64,000 bases of DNA from Deltaproteobacteria bacterium (GTDB lineage: Bacteria; Myxococcota_A; Polyangia; JAAYKL01): the NCBI GenBank assembly GCA_016936575.1, contig JAFGXQ010000045.1, positions 70,664 through 134,663 on the forward strand, in the 5' to 3' direction. Of this stretch, positions 28,790 to 37,440 are shown in pieces. The stretch's first letter is position 1. Each line of letters begins with the position of its first letter. The translations under genes were made by a program, and so were the position numbers. The notes beneath the pieces are model-generated. The model had not been told where the DNA came from. It searched no databases and worked only from the letters and a program-made list of their open reading frames with translations.

Positions 28790-29812
28790 CTATACCCAGA
28801 TGCCTGCCACTGTGGCCATTGTGAACCCCGACGCGGCACTTCCCAGCATGAGTTTTTCATCCTTTTGCGGTTCTCTTTGAGAAAGCAGATAATCAAACAC
28901 CACACCAATCGTGGCGCTGGCGTTATTTCCGTACAAGTGATGCGTGTATACTCCCCTATCCAATTCTGCACCGATTTTCGACAGAACCTTCCGCGTCATG
29001 AATTCGCTGGGTTGATGAAATAAGTAATGCGCAACCTCGTTGGGATCCCATCCCAATTTCTTCAACACCTCCATCAGACGAGGTGCAATATACTTATGAA
29101 GTTTCATCAGTTCCGTCGATGATGAACTGAATGTGCCGTGAATCGGCACCTGGCAGAGAGACCAGTGGTTAGGCAGAGAATGCGTGTCGGTACTGACAAC
29201 CCGAACACATCCGTTTGACCAGGGATTTTTGCTCACCAGAAAACAAGCTGCTGCGTTTCCGATGGTCAAACCGGCGGCTTTGTACTGCAAATCGGTAAGT
29301 GTTTGAATATCGAACGACAAAAACTCCCGCGAGAGTTCAGCTGTACAAACCAACGCAGTCTCGTAGTCATCGTGCATATTCAGGTACGCACAGGCGACCT
29401 GCACAGCTTCCAAATGTCCCACGCACGCACTGGTTACGTCAAAAGCATGCGTCTGTGTGATGCCAAGATTCGCACACACTTCCATTGCCGTAGCAGGCTC
29501 AAAGTACTCTCTTGCCACCCCACCGAAAATCACCAAATCCACATCGTCCAAAGCAGTGCTGTTTCTCTCGAGGCAGTTAGCAGCTGCCTTTGCCGCATAC
29601 GCCGCGACCCTTGACTCAGGATTGAAATCCAGGTAGCGCACCTGAGTATTACATTTGCTCAAAATCTTTTTGGTTGCCGCTTCAATGGCTGTCCACGCAA
29701 GCTTATTTCCCTTGTAGTTTTGTTTGACCAAATCGATAATCGCAGCATTGTCATATCGTGTATCAGGTACATGAATTCCCGGCTTAGATAAATATAGTTC
29801 TGGCATCGTCAT
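28790..29812 (-). CDS. FabH-like beta-ketoacyl-ACP synthase III / condensing enzyme (KAS III family, DarB/OleA-type candidate)
   Basis: Start preferred at ATGACGATG (MTMPELYL), with AGGAAC 6 nt upstream. Catalytic triad context: Cys in DVTSACVGHLEAV, His in YLFHQPSEFMTRKVL, Asn in LYGNNASATIGVV. The C-terminus is GSAASGFTMATVAGIWV. Confidence 0.75.
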   Translation of the reverse strand: MTMPELYLSKPGIHVPDTRYDNAAIIDLVKQNYKGNKLAWTAIEAATKKILSKCNTQVRYLDFNPESRVAAYAAKAAANCLERNSTALDDVDLVIFGGVAREYFEPATAMEVCANLGITQTHAFDVTSACVGHLEAVQVACAYLNMHDDYETALVCTAELSREFLSFDIQTLTDLQYKAAGLTIGNAAACFLVSKNPWSNGCVRVVSTDTHSLPNHWSLCQVPIHGTFSSSSTELMKLHKYIAPRLMEVLKKLGWDPNEVAHYLFHQPSEFMTRKVLSKIGAELDRGVYTHHLYGNNASATIGVVFDYLLSQREPQKDEKLMLGSAASGFTMATVAGIWV

Positions 29813-30023
29813 TGAATTGTTCCTGTATGTGTTTCCAGAAATCGTCCATGCAAGACAGCTCAGCATGTAAAGCCGTCTTAATCGAAGATTTAAACAATGG
29901 TGCGAACGAAGCGAGGAAAGGGGTTGATATAAATGAACCTTTTTTACTTATTCTTTTTACAGAGGAAAATGATTGCAGCTTATTTGAAAAATTTCGTTCA
30001 TCTCAAATCATTTCAACATTCTG

Positions 30024-31103
30024 TCACAAAAAAGTCTGATAAAATTCGGCGTAGTCACATCGAATCTGCTCTTCTGTTAAGCCAAACTTTTCCAGATTGT
30101 ATGCATGTTTGCTTTCGAATGCGCGTTGTTTCTGAGCGGTGTTATCAATCACCGTTCGCAATTCAGCAGATATTTCTCCACCTACAAACGGAATGATTTC
30201 GTCCATCAGTCCGTCGAAATCCTTCATCAAACGATCAAACGTCACAACCTTGACATTGGAACGATTAATTCTTCCGCTTTCCCAATCCCGCTGAAAACGC
30301 AAACTGAGTTCGAGTAACGCGGCATACAGCCGCTTGATAAAATGCGTTCGTTTTTCCTCGGGTAAACTCCAGAACCCGAATGCGCCGTCCAAAACGCCGG
30401 TAACCAGACTGAGACCGGACGGCACAGTCGAGAGCGGATCTCTTGCCATGTATAAAATTTTCGCATCCGGAAACCGATTCAAGAAGGAAGGCAGACGAAT
30501 GCCAAGTGAAAACAGCTTCCCTACAATGCGTTCTTTCTTTTCACTCACCAACACGCGGCGCCAACATTTCTCAATCCATTTAAAGTCGCGTTTGGCCGTA
30601 TCCCGCAGGTCCGGATCAAACATATCTCTCAAGTCCTTTTTCGACCAAGATAAGAAGAATCCGTAAATGAAAAAGCCGTCAAAGTAGCGAAACATCAGCG
30701 CCGGATCATCGGTTTCCACAGATGTCAGATTCGTCTTGTGCGCAGCATGGGCGTGATGTTTTGCAGGACTGAACTTCTCCATAATCGGAAGAAACGGCTT
30801 CAGCAAAGTCTGCAGCGTTAAAGAGGGATAGATCATCTTCCACAGTCTGGAACCCGTCCCGAACCCGTTATCAGTTAAAAACCGCTGCAGGAACGTTGTT
30901 CCGCTTCGAGGATTTCCCACTATCACAATCGGACTCGCAACTCGTTTTTTACGAAGCGACGGAAAAAACAAATGGTCGAGCACCATAAATACCGATACTG
31001 TCGCATGCAGCAGAAAAATGCCTGAAAATATAAAAACAGGAGAGATTACCTTACGAAATGCGCGTATCAATGCTTTGTGCACCAGAAACATTCTTGAAAT
31101 CAT
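30024..31103 (-). CDS. PAPS-dependent sulfotransferase, membrane-anchored (N-terminal TM helix)
   Basis: 5'-PSB motif IVGNPRSGTTFLQRFL, 3'-PB motif ILYMARDPLSTVPS. N-terminal hydrophobic helix ISPVFIFSGIFLLHATVSVFMVL. Confidence 0.7.
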   Translation of the reverse strand: MISRMFLVHKALIRAFRKVISPVFIFSGIFLLHATVSVFMVLDHLFFPSLRKKRVASPIVIVGNPRSGTTFLQRFLTDNGFGTGSRLWKMIYPSLTLQTLLKPFLPIMEKFSPAKHHAHAAHKTNLTSVETDDPALMFRYFDGFFIYGFFLSWSKKDLRDMFDPDLRDTAKRDFKWIEKCWRRVLVSEKKERIVGKLFSLGIRLPSFLNRFPDAKILYMARDPLSTVPSGLSLVTGVLDGAFGFWSLPEEKRTHFIKRLYAALLELSLRFQRDWESGRINRSNVKVVTFDRLMKDFDGLMDEIIPFVGGEISAELRTVIDNTAQKQRAFESKHAYNLEKFGLTEEQIRCDYAEFYQTFL

Positions 31104-31515
31104 TGTTCGGTTTTTCCTTTTTTAGTTCATCCAACAGAAACAAAATTATCACATCTCTTTAGTGCACTGTTCCGCCGCAACAGGGTTGGCTTTTATTTTG
31201 TAAAATCCGAAAAATATCTTCAGAAGGAGAATATTCGCGTCACCCTCGGTGCGATAGATTCGCAATTCTCGATACAGCGCCTTATTCGACGAACCTGACT
31301 TCATAAAAAAAATAAACACCGTTACCAATTCAGGTTACTCGTCTTGATTCGAATCTATGAGGGCCTGTGCCGAAATGCTGTAGTCGTGTGGGACTAAACT
31401 CGCGTCATTCGCAGGAAGCGCTGCAGCCGACTTGCGTAAAATCAGCGATGACAAAACTCAGGATAGCGAAGAACGTTAAAACCCGAGCTATGGAGACTTG
31501 ATTTCGACGGGCGTT

Positions 31516-33165
31516 CTAAGGTGCCAGAGTGAGTTGGCCTTCATCGAGTGAAATCTGGTAGTAGCCGTGGTCGTCCCAGGCCAGTTTCTGACCATTTTGA
31601 GTAAGTGTTCCGCCATCCACGGTAACACGCAGACATTTTCCGGACGGAAAATTATCGGGCAGGTTCCACGACCAACTATGGCCGTCACCGCTGCTCGACG
31701 GACTCACAGACGAAAATGTTTTTTGTCCAATCCAATATGCCCCCACATTCACCACGCTGTCTATCCATACATCTCCGTATGATTTCATTTCGTTGACACC
31801 CGATACCATAGAACTGATTGGAATCGCGTTATACGCACCGTCTCCATATCCAGTGAACCCGTGCACGCAGTAAACTGCCCATCCGCCTTGATTACGCGCG
31901 TTGTTTGCCGGCACGCCGAACGTATACGCGTCCGCCCCCGCCGCTGGAATATATGACGGCAGATTAAAGGGATTTGAGTTGTCATTCGGCATAATAATAG
32001 CGCCGGCCACACCGCGGTTGATGATATACCGCGTACTTGCGGGAGAAGAACAAACCGTGCTCCCCTCTGGCGCCGCCATCGTATAGATTTCGATGTCCAG
32101 CGCGCTCTCCAGCAACTGCTCCGCGGTGTCAATCGACGAAGTATTACATGTGTGATCAGTGGTGTGATTTCCGATTTCGTGCCCACCGGCAACCGCATCG
32201 TGCCAAATCGATGCATTCTCGTCGTTCCAATTGGTCACAAGGTAGAATGTGTAGTGAACCCCCAGGCCTGAGAGCGTCCCCCATTCCTGAATGGTTGATT
32301 GGGTTCCATCATCGAGAGAATAGCTCACCGCCGCAGAATATCCCGCCCAATTCAACACCTGCAAATTGCCGGCCGCTCCAGAGGGCTTCGCCTGTCCACT
32401 GCTTCCCACATCCGGAAGTCCGCAATCATACACAACCCCCGGGTCTGAATCTGAATCGGAATCAGCATCGGAATCGGCGTCTGTATCGCTATCGCTGTCT
32501 GTATCGCTATCGCTGTCTGTATCGCTATCGCTGTCTGTGTCAGTGTCACTGTCAGTATCGGTATCGCCGTCTGTTGTACCGCCGGCATTGCAGCAAATGG
32601 CGGCCCAACCGTTTTCCGGACTGGGCACACATGGCGTTGCGCCGACAATTTCGCCTCCCAAACCGCCCCAGGTCGGATCACCGGTACACGCCCATTCGCT
32701 CGATACACATTCATACGCGCAGTCAGCATCTGAGTCGGTATCGCCATCGGAATCCGTGTCACTATCTGAATCCGTGTCACTATCCGAATCCGAATCGGCG
32801 TCGGAGTCGGTATCAGTGTCTGTATCTGCATCACTATCTGAATCCGTGTCACTATCCGAGTCTGTATCAGTGTCTGAATCCGTATCGCTGTCCGAGTCGC
32901 TGTCAGCGTCTGAATCTGTATCGCTGTCGGAATCCGTATCGCTATCCGAGTCGCTGTCAGCGTCTGAATCTCCGTCACCATCGGCATCGGCATCACTGTC
33001 TGAATCAGAGTCACCGTCGGAATCCCCGTCGGAATCCCCGTCTCCGTCGGAATCACTGTCGGAGTCCGCATCCGCGTCAGTCAAATCGACCGAAGCATCC
33101 TCTTGTCCGCATGCCATCAAAAACAATTGCGCCCCGAAAATAATAATATACAAATACTTGCTCAT
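31516..33165 (-). CDS. Lipoprotein with a ~210-aa poly-Asp repeat tether fused to a polysaccharide-deacetylase (CE4/NodB) domain
   Basis: ORF track gives 31516..33183; start preferred at [21 protein letters not shown] (lipobox LMAC, ACGGAG RBS). CE4 motifs: [11 protein letters not shown] (TFDDG-like) and [11 protein letters not shown] (H-S/T-x-x-H). Two acidic repeat blocks. Confidence 0.65.
   Translation of the reverse strand: MSKYLYIIIFGAQLFLMACGQEDASVDLTDADADSDSDSDGDGDSDGDSDGDSDSDSDADADGDGDSDADSDSDSDTDSDSDTDSDADSDSDSDTDSDTDTDSDSDTDSDSDADTDTDTDSDADSDSDSDTDSDSDTDSDGDTDSDADCAYECVSSEWACTGDPTWGGLGGEIVGATPCVPSPENGWAAICCNAGGTTDGDTDTDSDTDTDSDSDTDSDSDTDSDSDTDADSDADSDSDSDPGVVYDCGLPDVGSSGQAKPSGAAGNLQVLNWAGYSAAVSYSLDDGTQSTIQEWGTLSGLGVHYTFYLVTNWNDENASIWHDAVAGGHEIGNHTTDHTCNTSSIDTAEQLLESALDIEIYTMAAPEGSTVCSSPASTRYIINRGVAGAIIMPNDNSNPFNLPSYIPAAGADAYTFGVPANNARNQGGWAVYCVHGFTGYGDGAYNAIPISSMVSGVNEMKSYGDVWIDSVVNVGAYWIGQKTFSSVSPSSSGDGHSWSWNLPDNFPSGKCLRVTVDGGTLTQNGQKLAWDDHGYYQISLDEGQLTLAP
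32397..33087 (-). repeat. Two blocks of coding tandem repeats (gtatcgctatcgctgtct-type 18-mers and cgaatccgtgtcactatc units) encoding poly(D-S/T/A/G)
   Basis: Near-identical 18-nt units visible at 32470..32530 and 32750..32800. Produces long shadow ORFs (32037..33143 plus, 32366..33304 plus, 32352..33071 minus). Confidence 0.85.
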
Positions 33166-33448
33166 ATCGCTCCGTATCCCCATTCAGATTCAAAGGATTA
33201 GTCCGTTCAAAACATACTTTTCGTGCCAACCCATAGGCAACCATCCAAACAGTACCGCCACCATCTACAACGGCTCAAAGGGATTGCGCGCACGCACAAA
33301 ATGACCAGATTTGGACATTGAAGAGAAAAACTGTACACAACACGAAGGCGTGAATTCTCACATTTAAAAGAAGTGAAACTGAGGCCCAACGACAACAGTT
33401 CTGATTTCATTGACCCATGAATACTGACGTTATTATTTGGCATGAAAG

Positions 33449-34414
33449 TTGAGTAGAAACATCCAAAACTCAAACGCAGGAGCATTTCCTATGAGAAACC
33501 GGTCAGCAAAAGTATTTTGCTTTTATTTCATATTTTTACTGGGAGGCTGTGACATCGCCCCACATCAATCCTCATTTTCTGATTGCAGACATGTCAGCGC
33601 TGGGTACACGCATTCCTGCTGTGTGCACAGCACCGGCAAGATCACCTGTTGGGGTTCCAACACCTATGGAGAATCGTCGCCGCCGCGGTTTACAGATTAC
33701 GTACAGGTACAAGCCGACGAATACTATACCTGCGCTTTACGCGAAACTGGTGAAATTTTATGTTTCGGCGATAATATATTAAGAATTAACGGCGAAGAAC
33801 AATTCACTCTACACAATCTGGATGCACCGACGCAGGGCGGATTCGTTCAAATAGATATTAACGCATTCAATGGCTGTGCACTTCACGAAACCAGCACCAT
33901 TTCGTGCTGGGGAGATACAAACAGCGGCACGCCGGTCTCATCGCCTGAGGGAAACAACTTCACTCAGGTTTCTGTTGGCGGCAATCAAAGCTGCGCCCTG
34001 CACGGCGACTCTACGGTACAATGCTGGCCCGACCAAATCGACCGCGATGACGTGCCGCCATCCTCCCATTTCTATTCACAGATTTCGATGGGCAGCACCC
34101 ACGGTTGCGCACTGACCAGTGACGCATTTACAATTTGCTGGGGAAACGATTTCGACGGACAAGGGGATTCCCCCGGACACTGGCTCGGTCACCCGGTTAC
34201 ACAAGTTGCGGCAGGCGGCTTCCATTCGTGCGAACTGTATGCCGAAGGACTGGTGGAGTGCTGGGGAAATAACGATTGGGAACAATGTGATGTTCCGGGG
34301 GTTGACGATTTTGTCCAAATCAGCGCCGGTAGTTTTCATACCTGCGGAATCCGCAAGTCCGGACGTGTATTGTGTTGGGGAGAAAATGACAAAGGTCAGT
34401 CATCACCTCCGTGA
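33449..34414 (+). CDS. Secreted RCC1-repeat (beta-propeller) protein
   Basis: Signal peptide. Six to seven repeats of the RCC1 signature (H.C.L...G.V.CWG.N..GQ): HSCCVHSTGKITCWGSNTYGES, YYTCALRETGEILCFGDN, NGCALHETSTISCWGDTNSGT, QSCALHGDSTVQCW, HGCALTSDAFTICWGNDFDGQG, HSCELYAEGLVECWGNNDWEQC, HTCGIRKSGRVLCWGENDKGQ. Confidence 0.7.
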   Translation: MSRNIQNSNAGAFPMRNRSAKVFCFYFIFLLGGCDIAPHQSSFSDCRHVSAGYTHSCCVHSTGKITCWGSNTYGESSPPRFTDYVQVQADEYYTCALRETGEILCFGDNILRINGEEQFTLHNLDAPTQGGFVQIDINAFNGCALHETSTISCWGDTNSGTPVSSPEGNNFTQVSVGGNQSCALHGDSTVQCWPDQIDRDDVPPSSHFYSQISMGSTHGCALTSDAFTICWGNDFDGQGDSPGHWLGHPVTQVAAGGFHSCELYAEGLVECWGNNDWEQCDVPGVDDFVQISAGSFHTCGIRKSGRVLCWGENDKGQSSPP

Positions 34415-34422
34415 ATGCGGAA

Positions 34423-34959
34423 TCAGCGTCTCTTTCGACCGAGGGTGATGATCAGCACTTCGCCGCTTTCGTCCACTTCCACCTTTTCAATGCGGGAAGC
34501 CGCGTAACGCTCCTTGCGTTTGGAGTCGTCAAGCGTGTATACGACCAGACCGTTAATGCGCTTTGCCACCAGCCGACTCACCAGATCTTTCATCTGACCT
34601 AAATCGGAAAGCTTTACTTTCCCCGTGTCGACATCCACGATGTAGATTTCATCCACATAAAACCGCTTTTTCTCAGGGTCGTATGCGATAACCCCGCGCA
34701 CATCGACCTTTCCTTTCACTTTGCGATTTAAAAACGAGGCGCGAAACTTAAGTCGTATCCCAACCTCACTACCTTCAAAATATACTTTCGGTTTGTAGAA
34801 TTTGGCTTTGGCCACTACGACACTTTTTTCAACCGGAAATTTTTTTTCCACCTTCTGCTGTACTTTGGCCAGCGGCACCTCAACATGGTGAACACAACCG
34901 CTCGCGACAAGCACCAGCAGCACCCCGATAATTTTAATACAGTGCTTCAATTCAGTCAT
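34423..34959 (-). CDS. Small basic lipoprotein, possibly DUF1439/YceB-like
   Basis: Lipobox LVASGC. Lys-rich, 178 aa. The family assignment is tentative. Confidence 0.3.
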   Translation of the reverse strand: MTELKHCIKIIGVLLVLVASGCVHHVEVPLAKVQQKVEKKFPVEKSVVVAKAKFYKPKVYFEGSEVGIRLKFRASFLNRKVKGKVDVRGVIAYDPEKKRFYVDEIYIVDVDTGKVKLSDLGQMKDLVSRLVAKRINGLVVYTLDDSKRKERYAASRIEKVEVDESGEVLIITLGRKRR

Positions 34960-35024
34960 AACCGTTCTCTTTGCAGATGTTTATTTTTCAATTGTTCCGC
35001 CTTTTTTTCAGGAGTACAAATATA

Positions 35025-35039
35025 CGACAATATTTGTCG
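35025..35039. promoter_or_regulatory. Inverted repeat CGACA-ATATT-TGTCG immediately upstream of the WYL-regulator gene; candidate auto-operator
   Basis: Perfect 5-bp arms with a 5-bp AT centre, read directly. It lies in the 82-bp divergent spacer between the 34959 (minus) and 35042 (plus) starts. Confidence 0.3.
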
Positions 35040-35041
35040 CA

Positions 35042-36055
35042 ATGGAAGTGGATGCAATGGCAGATAAAACCAAGTATAGACGGCTGTTCGATTTACACAA
35101 ACGCTTTATGTTCCATGGGCGGATAACCATCAAAACAATGATGGACGACTACGGCATCAACCGCCGCACCGCTAATAGAGATATCAACGACCTTATCAGC
35201 CTGGGGGTACAGCTGGAAAACGAGGTGCTTGAAAACGGCCTGAAAGTATGGTTTCTACCCGCATCGCAACGAAAAATCACCATTCCGTTCAACCTCACCG
35301 ATGTGGCGGCGCTGTTTCTGGGGCGAGGCCTGTTTGACTTTTCGAGAGGCACCCTTCTCGGCGACTCACTAGATAAAATATATGAGACAATAGAGACGCA
35401 AATCACCCGAGAAAAGGACCTCATTCGTCTGGGAAATCTGAAAAAGAAGGTTTACAGCGTCAATGACGGCCCCAAAGAGCTGTCCGATACCAACATCGAA
35501 GAACTCGATGAGGTTCTCACCGGACTGCTGGATGAAAAACTCATTCAGTTTGAATACACTTCTTCCACCGGACGAAAAAGTGTTCTTCGGGCCATTCCCT
35601 ACACACTGGTCACGTATAAAATGGGGCTGTACCTGCTGGCCAGACCCACTGAATCCGATTCGGACGCGATTCGAATCTACGCCATCGAACGCATGAACAA
35701 TACAGAGGCCATTCGGGGTACCAGTTACCGCCTTCCAACCAATTACGCGCCGGAGCAATATTTCCGCGACGCTTTATTTATTCAGCGGGGCAGTCCCGAG
35801 AAAATCGAATTGATTTTCGATGCGGGTTCCGCGCCGTTTGTCGCGATTCGCCGGTTTCACCATTCGCAAGAAGTGAACCGTTTGCCCGACGGGCGCACTC
35901 AGATGACACTGCATGTGCCGGCGGGAACAACGGACTTTGAAATTGTAAACTGGATCATTTCATTTCACGAGCATGTTACGGTGATTTCTCCACCCCACCT
36001 GAAAGAAGCCGTACGAAACAAGCTTGCAGCCGCGTTGAAGCAATACGATAATTAA
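35042..36055 (+). CDS. WYL-domain transcriptional regulator (N-terminal HTH, central WYL, C-terminal WCX-like domain)
   Basis: N-terminus KYRRLFDLHKRFMFHGRITIKTMMDDYGINRRTANRDINDLISLGVQLE is the YafY-type HTH. The central part (RAIPYTLVTYKMGLYLLARP..IRIYAIERMNN) carries the WYL-domain signature. The alternative start is MADKTKY at 35057. Confidence 0.6.
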   Translation: MEVDAMADKTKYRRLFDLHKRFMFHGRITIKTMMDDYGINRRTANRDINDLISLGVQLENEVLENGLKVWFLPASQRKITIPFNLTDVAALFLGRGLFDFSRGTLLGDSLDKIYETIETQITREKDLIRLGNLKKKVYSVNDGPKELSDTNIEELDEVLTGLLDEKLIQFEYTSSTGRKSVLRAIPYTLVTYKMGLYLLARPTESDSDAIRIYAIERMNNTEAIRGTSYRLPTNYAPEQYFRDALFIQRGSPEKIELIFDAGSAPFVAIRRFHHSQEVNRLPDGRTQMTLHVPAGTTDFEIVNWIISFHEHVTVISPPHLKEAVRNKLAAALKQYDN

Positions 36056-36109
36056 CTTTCATTCCCGAATGCTAAACCCGAAGGCATTTCGTCCGATATT
36101 TCATGTAGA

Positions 36110-36661
36110 ATGCGTGCGAACATTTACATTGGAGCATCTTTTTTATGCGGTATCATAGCTCTCGGGTGCGAAACCGGCGGCTGCTACTACACCTGCTGCC
36201 GGGCCGAAGATGATTGCAGCGCTTCATGCACCCAGAATGTGAACAGTGCCGAGGAATGTACCGTTCATGCGCAACGGGAGTGCAGCGAAGAGCAGGATGG
36301 CTATATCATTCGCGTGGAATGGGCGACGGTCAGCGAAGTGTTCTGTGAAAGCTGCAGCAGCTCCGCATGTGCGCCGAACTGGTGGACTGCCGACAAAAAT
36401 ATCGAAGCTGGGGAACAGACGACAGATCTGCAGGACACCGAAACAACAAGTGACATCGAGGAAGAATCATCGGATAACGTAAATATCCCCGAAGCAAGTG
36501 CCGCTGAAACATCGTCTGAAGACGCAACGGGCACATCAACCGAGAATACAAAGGAGCAAGAGACTCTCTCCTCTGACAGCGACCCATCTGTCGACCCAAC
36601 CACAAATGCGGCCACCGAAACGTCGAACGACAGTATTCAAAACATCGAATCCGATAACTAA
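36110..36661 (+). CDS. Small acidic Cys-containing lipoprotein, unknown function
   Basis: Lipobox IALGCE, an N-terminal Cys cluster (CYYTCCRAEDDCSASC), then an acidic T/S/E-rich tail. Confidence 0.4.
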   Translation: MRANIYIGASFLCGIIALGCETGGCYYTCCRAEDDCSASCTQNVNSAEECTVHAQRECSEEQDGYIIRVEWATVSEVFCESCSSSACAPNWWTADKNIEAGEQTTDLQDTETTSDIEEESSDNVNIPEASAAETSSEDATGTSTENTKEQETLSSDSDPSVDPTTNAATETSNDSIQNIESDN

Positions 36662-36858
36662 GTCCCTAAAAAAATTCGTTTTTCGGGAATACTCCCCCAT
36701 GTTGCGGTGTTTCGCTCCAAACGCCGGTCGCGGCATGTGGGAACGCAGTCCGATTTTCATTAAATGAACGGTTGACCTTAAATGCGCTTCAGAATAGGTT
36801 AGCGGGCGATGTCAATTTTAACCCGATAAATTTCGGTACTCGTAGGGAGTTTGCGTTA

Positions 36859-37356
36859 ATGAAAATTCAGAGTGAAGCATTTGTGGCCATCGATTACACG
36901 CTGAAAGATGACCAGGGCAATGTGGTTGATAAATCCGAAGAAAACAGTCCATTGGGGTTCATATTCGGGCGCGGTCAGATTATTCCGGGCCTGGAAAAAG
37001 CATTGGAGGGAATGTCAAAAGATGAAACCGCCCAGGTCGTTGTGGCTCCCGAAGACGGGTACGGCCCGGTGAACGAAGAATTGTTCCAGGAAATCCCCAA
37101 AGCCAACTTCCCCAATACAGAGAATCTTGAACCTGGACAGCAGTTTCAGGCCAACACCCCTCATGGTCCAATGCGATTTGTAGTTCATGAAATTAAAGAA
37201 GAAGACATAGTCGTAAATTTAAATCATCCGTTAGCTGGCCAAAGTTTGCATTTTGATGTAAAAGTCGCCGAAGTTCGAGAAGCGACCGAAGAAGAATTGG
37301 CCCCACCGGTCCACAGTCACTGTGGAGATGGTAGCCACGGCTGCTGCGGTTGTTGA
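36859..37356 (+). CDS. slyD: FKBP-type peptidyl-prolyl cis-trans isomerase SlyD with a His/Cys-rich metal-binding tail
   Basis: MKIQSEAFVAIDYTLKDDQGNVVDKS...GFIFGRGQIIPGLEKALEGM...VVNLNHPLAGQSLHFDVKVAEVREATEEELA aligns along its whole length with E. coli SlyD (FKBP domain with inserted IF domain). Tail HSHCGDGSHGCCGC. The ORF track starts at 36772; the internal ATG at 36859 matches the SlyD N-terminus. Confidence 0.8.
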   Translation: MKIQSEAFVAIDYTLKDDQGNVVDKSEENSPLGFIFGRGQIIPGLEKALEGMSKDETAQVVVAPEDGYGPVNEELFQEIPKANFPNTENLEPGQQFQANTPHGPMRFVVHEIKEEDIVVNLNHPLAGQSLHFDVKVAEVREATEEELAPPVHSHCGDGSHGCCGC

Positions 37357-37440
37357 TAAAACAGTTCATTTGGCGAGTCGCGGATAGCGGTCTCGCTGCT
37401 TGAGTTTCAAGTATTTAGGAAGGAAAGAGTAGGAAACGAG

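Noticed and set aside
31343-31365. GATTCGAATC T-loop-like sequence, possible tRNA
   Set aside because: No flanking 5-bp T-stem, no acceptor stem or anticodon arm could be built on either strand.
31492-31511. tmRNA-like 5' motif GGAGACUUGAUUUCGACGGG on the plus strand
   Set aside because: It resembles the tmRNA 5' acceptor/GAUUCGACGGG box. However, the element would run straight into the 3' end of the deacetylase CDS on the opposite strand, there is no matching 3' acceptor/T-arm (..CUCCACCA) downstream, and no tRNA-like domain could be folded. Treated as coincidence.
36773-36808. TTGACC-17 nt-TAGGTT as a sigma70 promoter for slyD
   Set aside because: The -10 element is a weak match (3-4 of 6) and there is no supporting evidence. 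Noted but not called as a feature.
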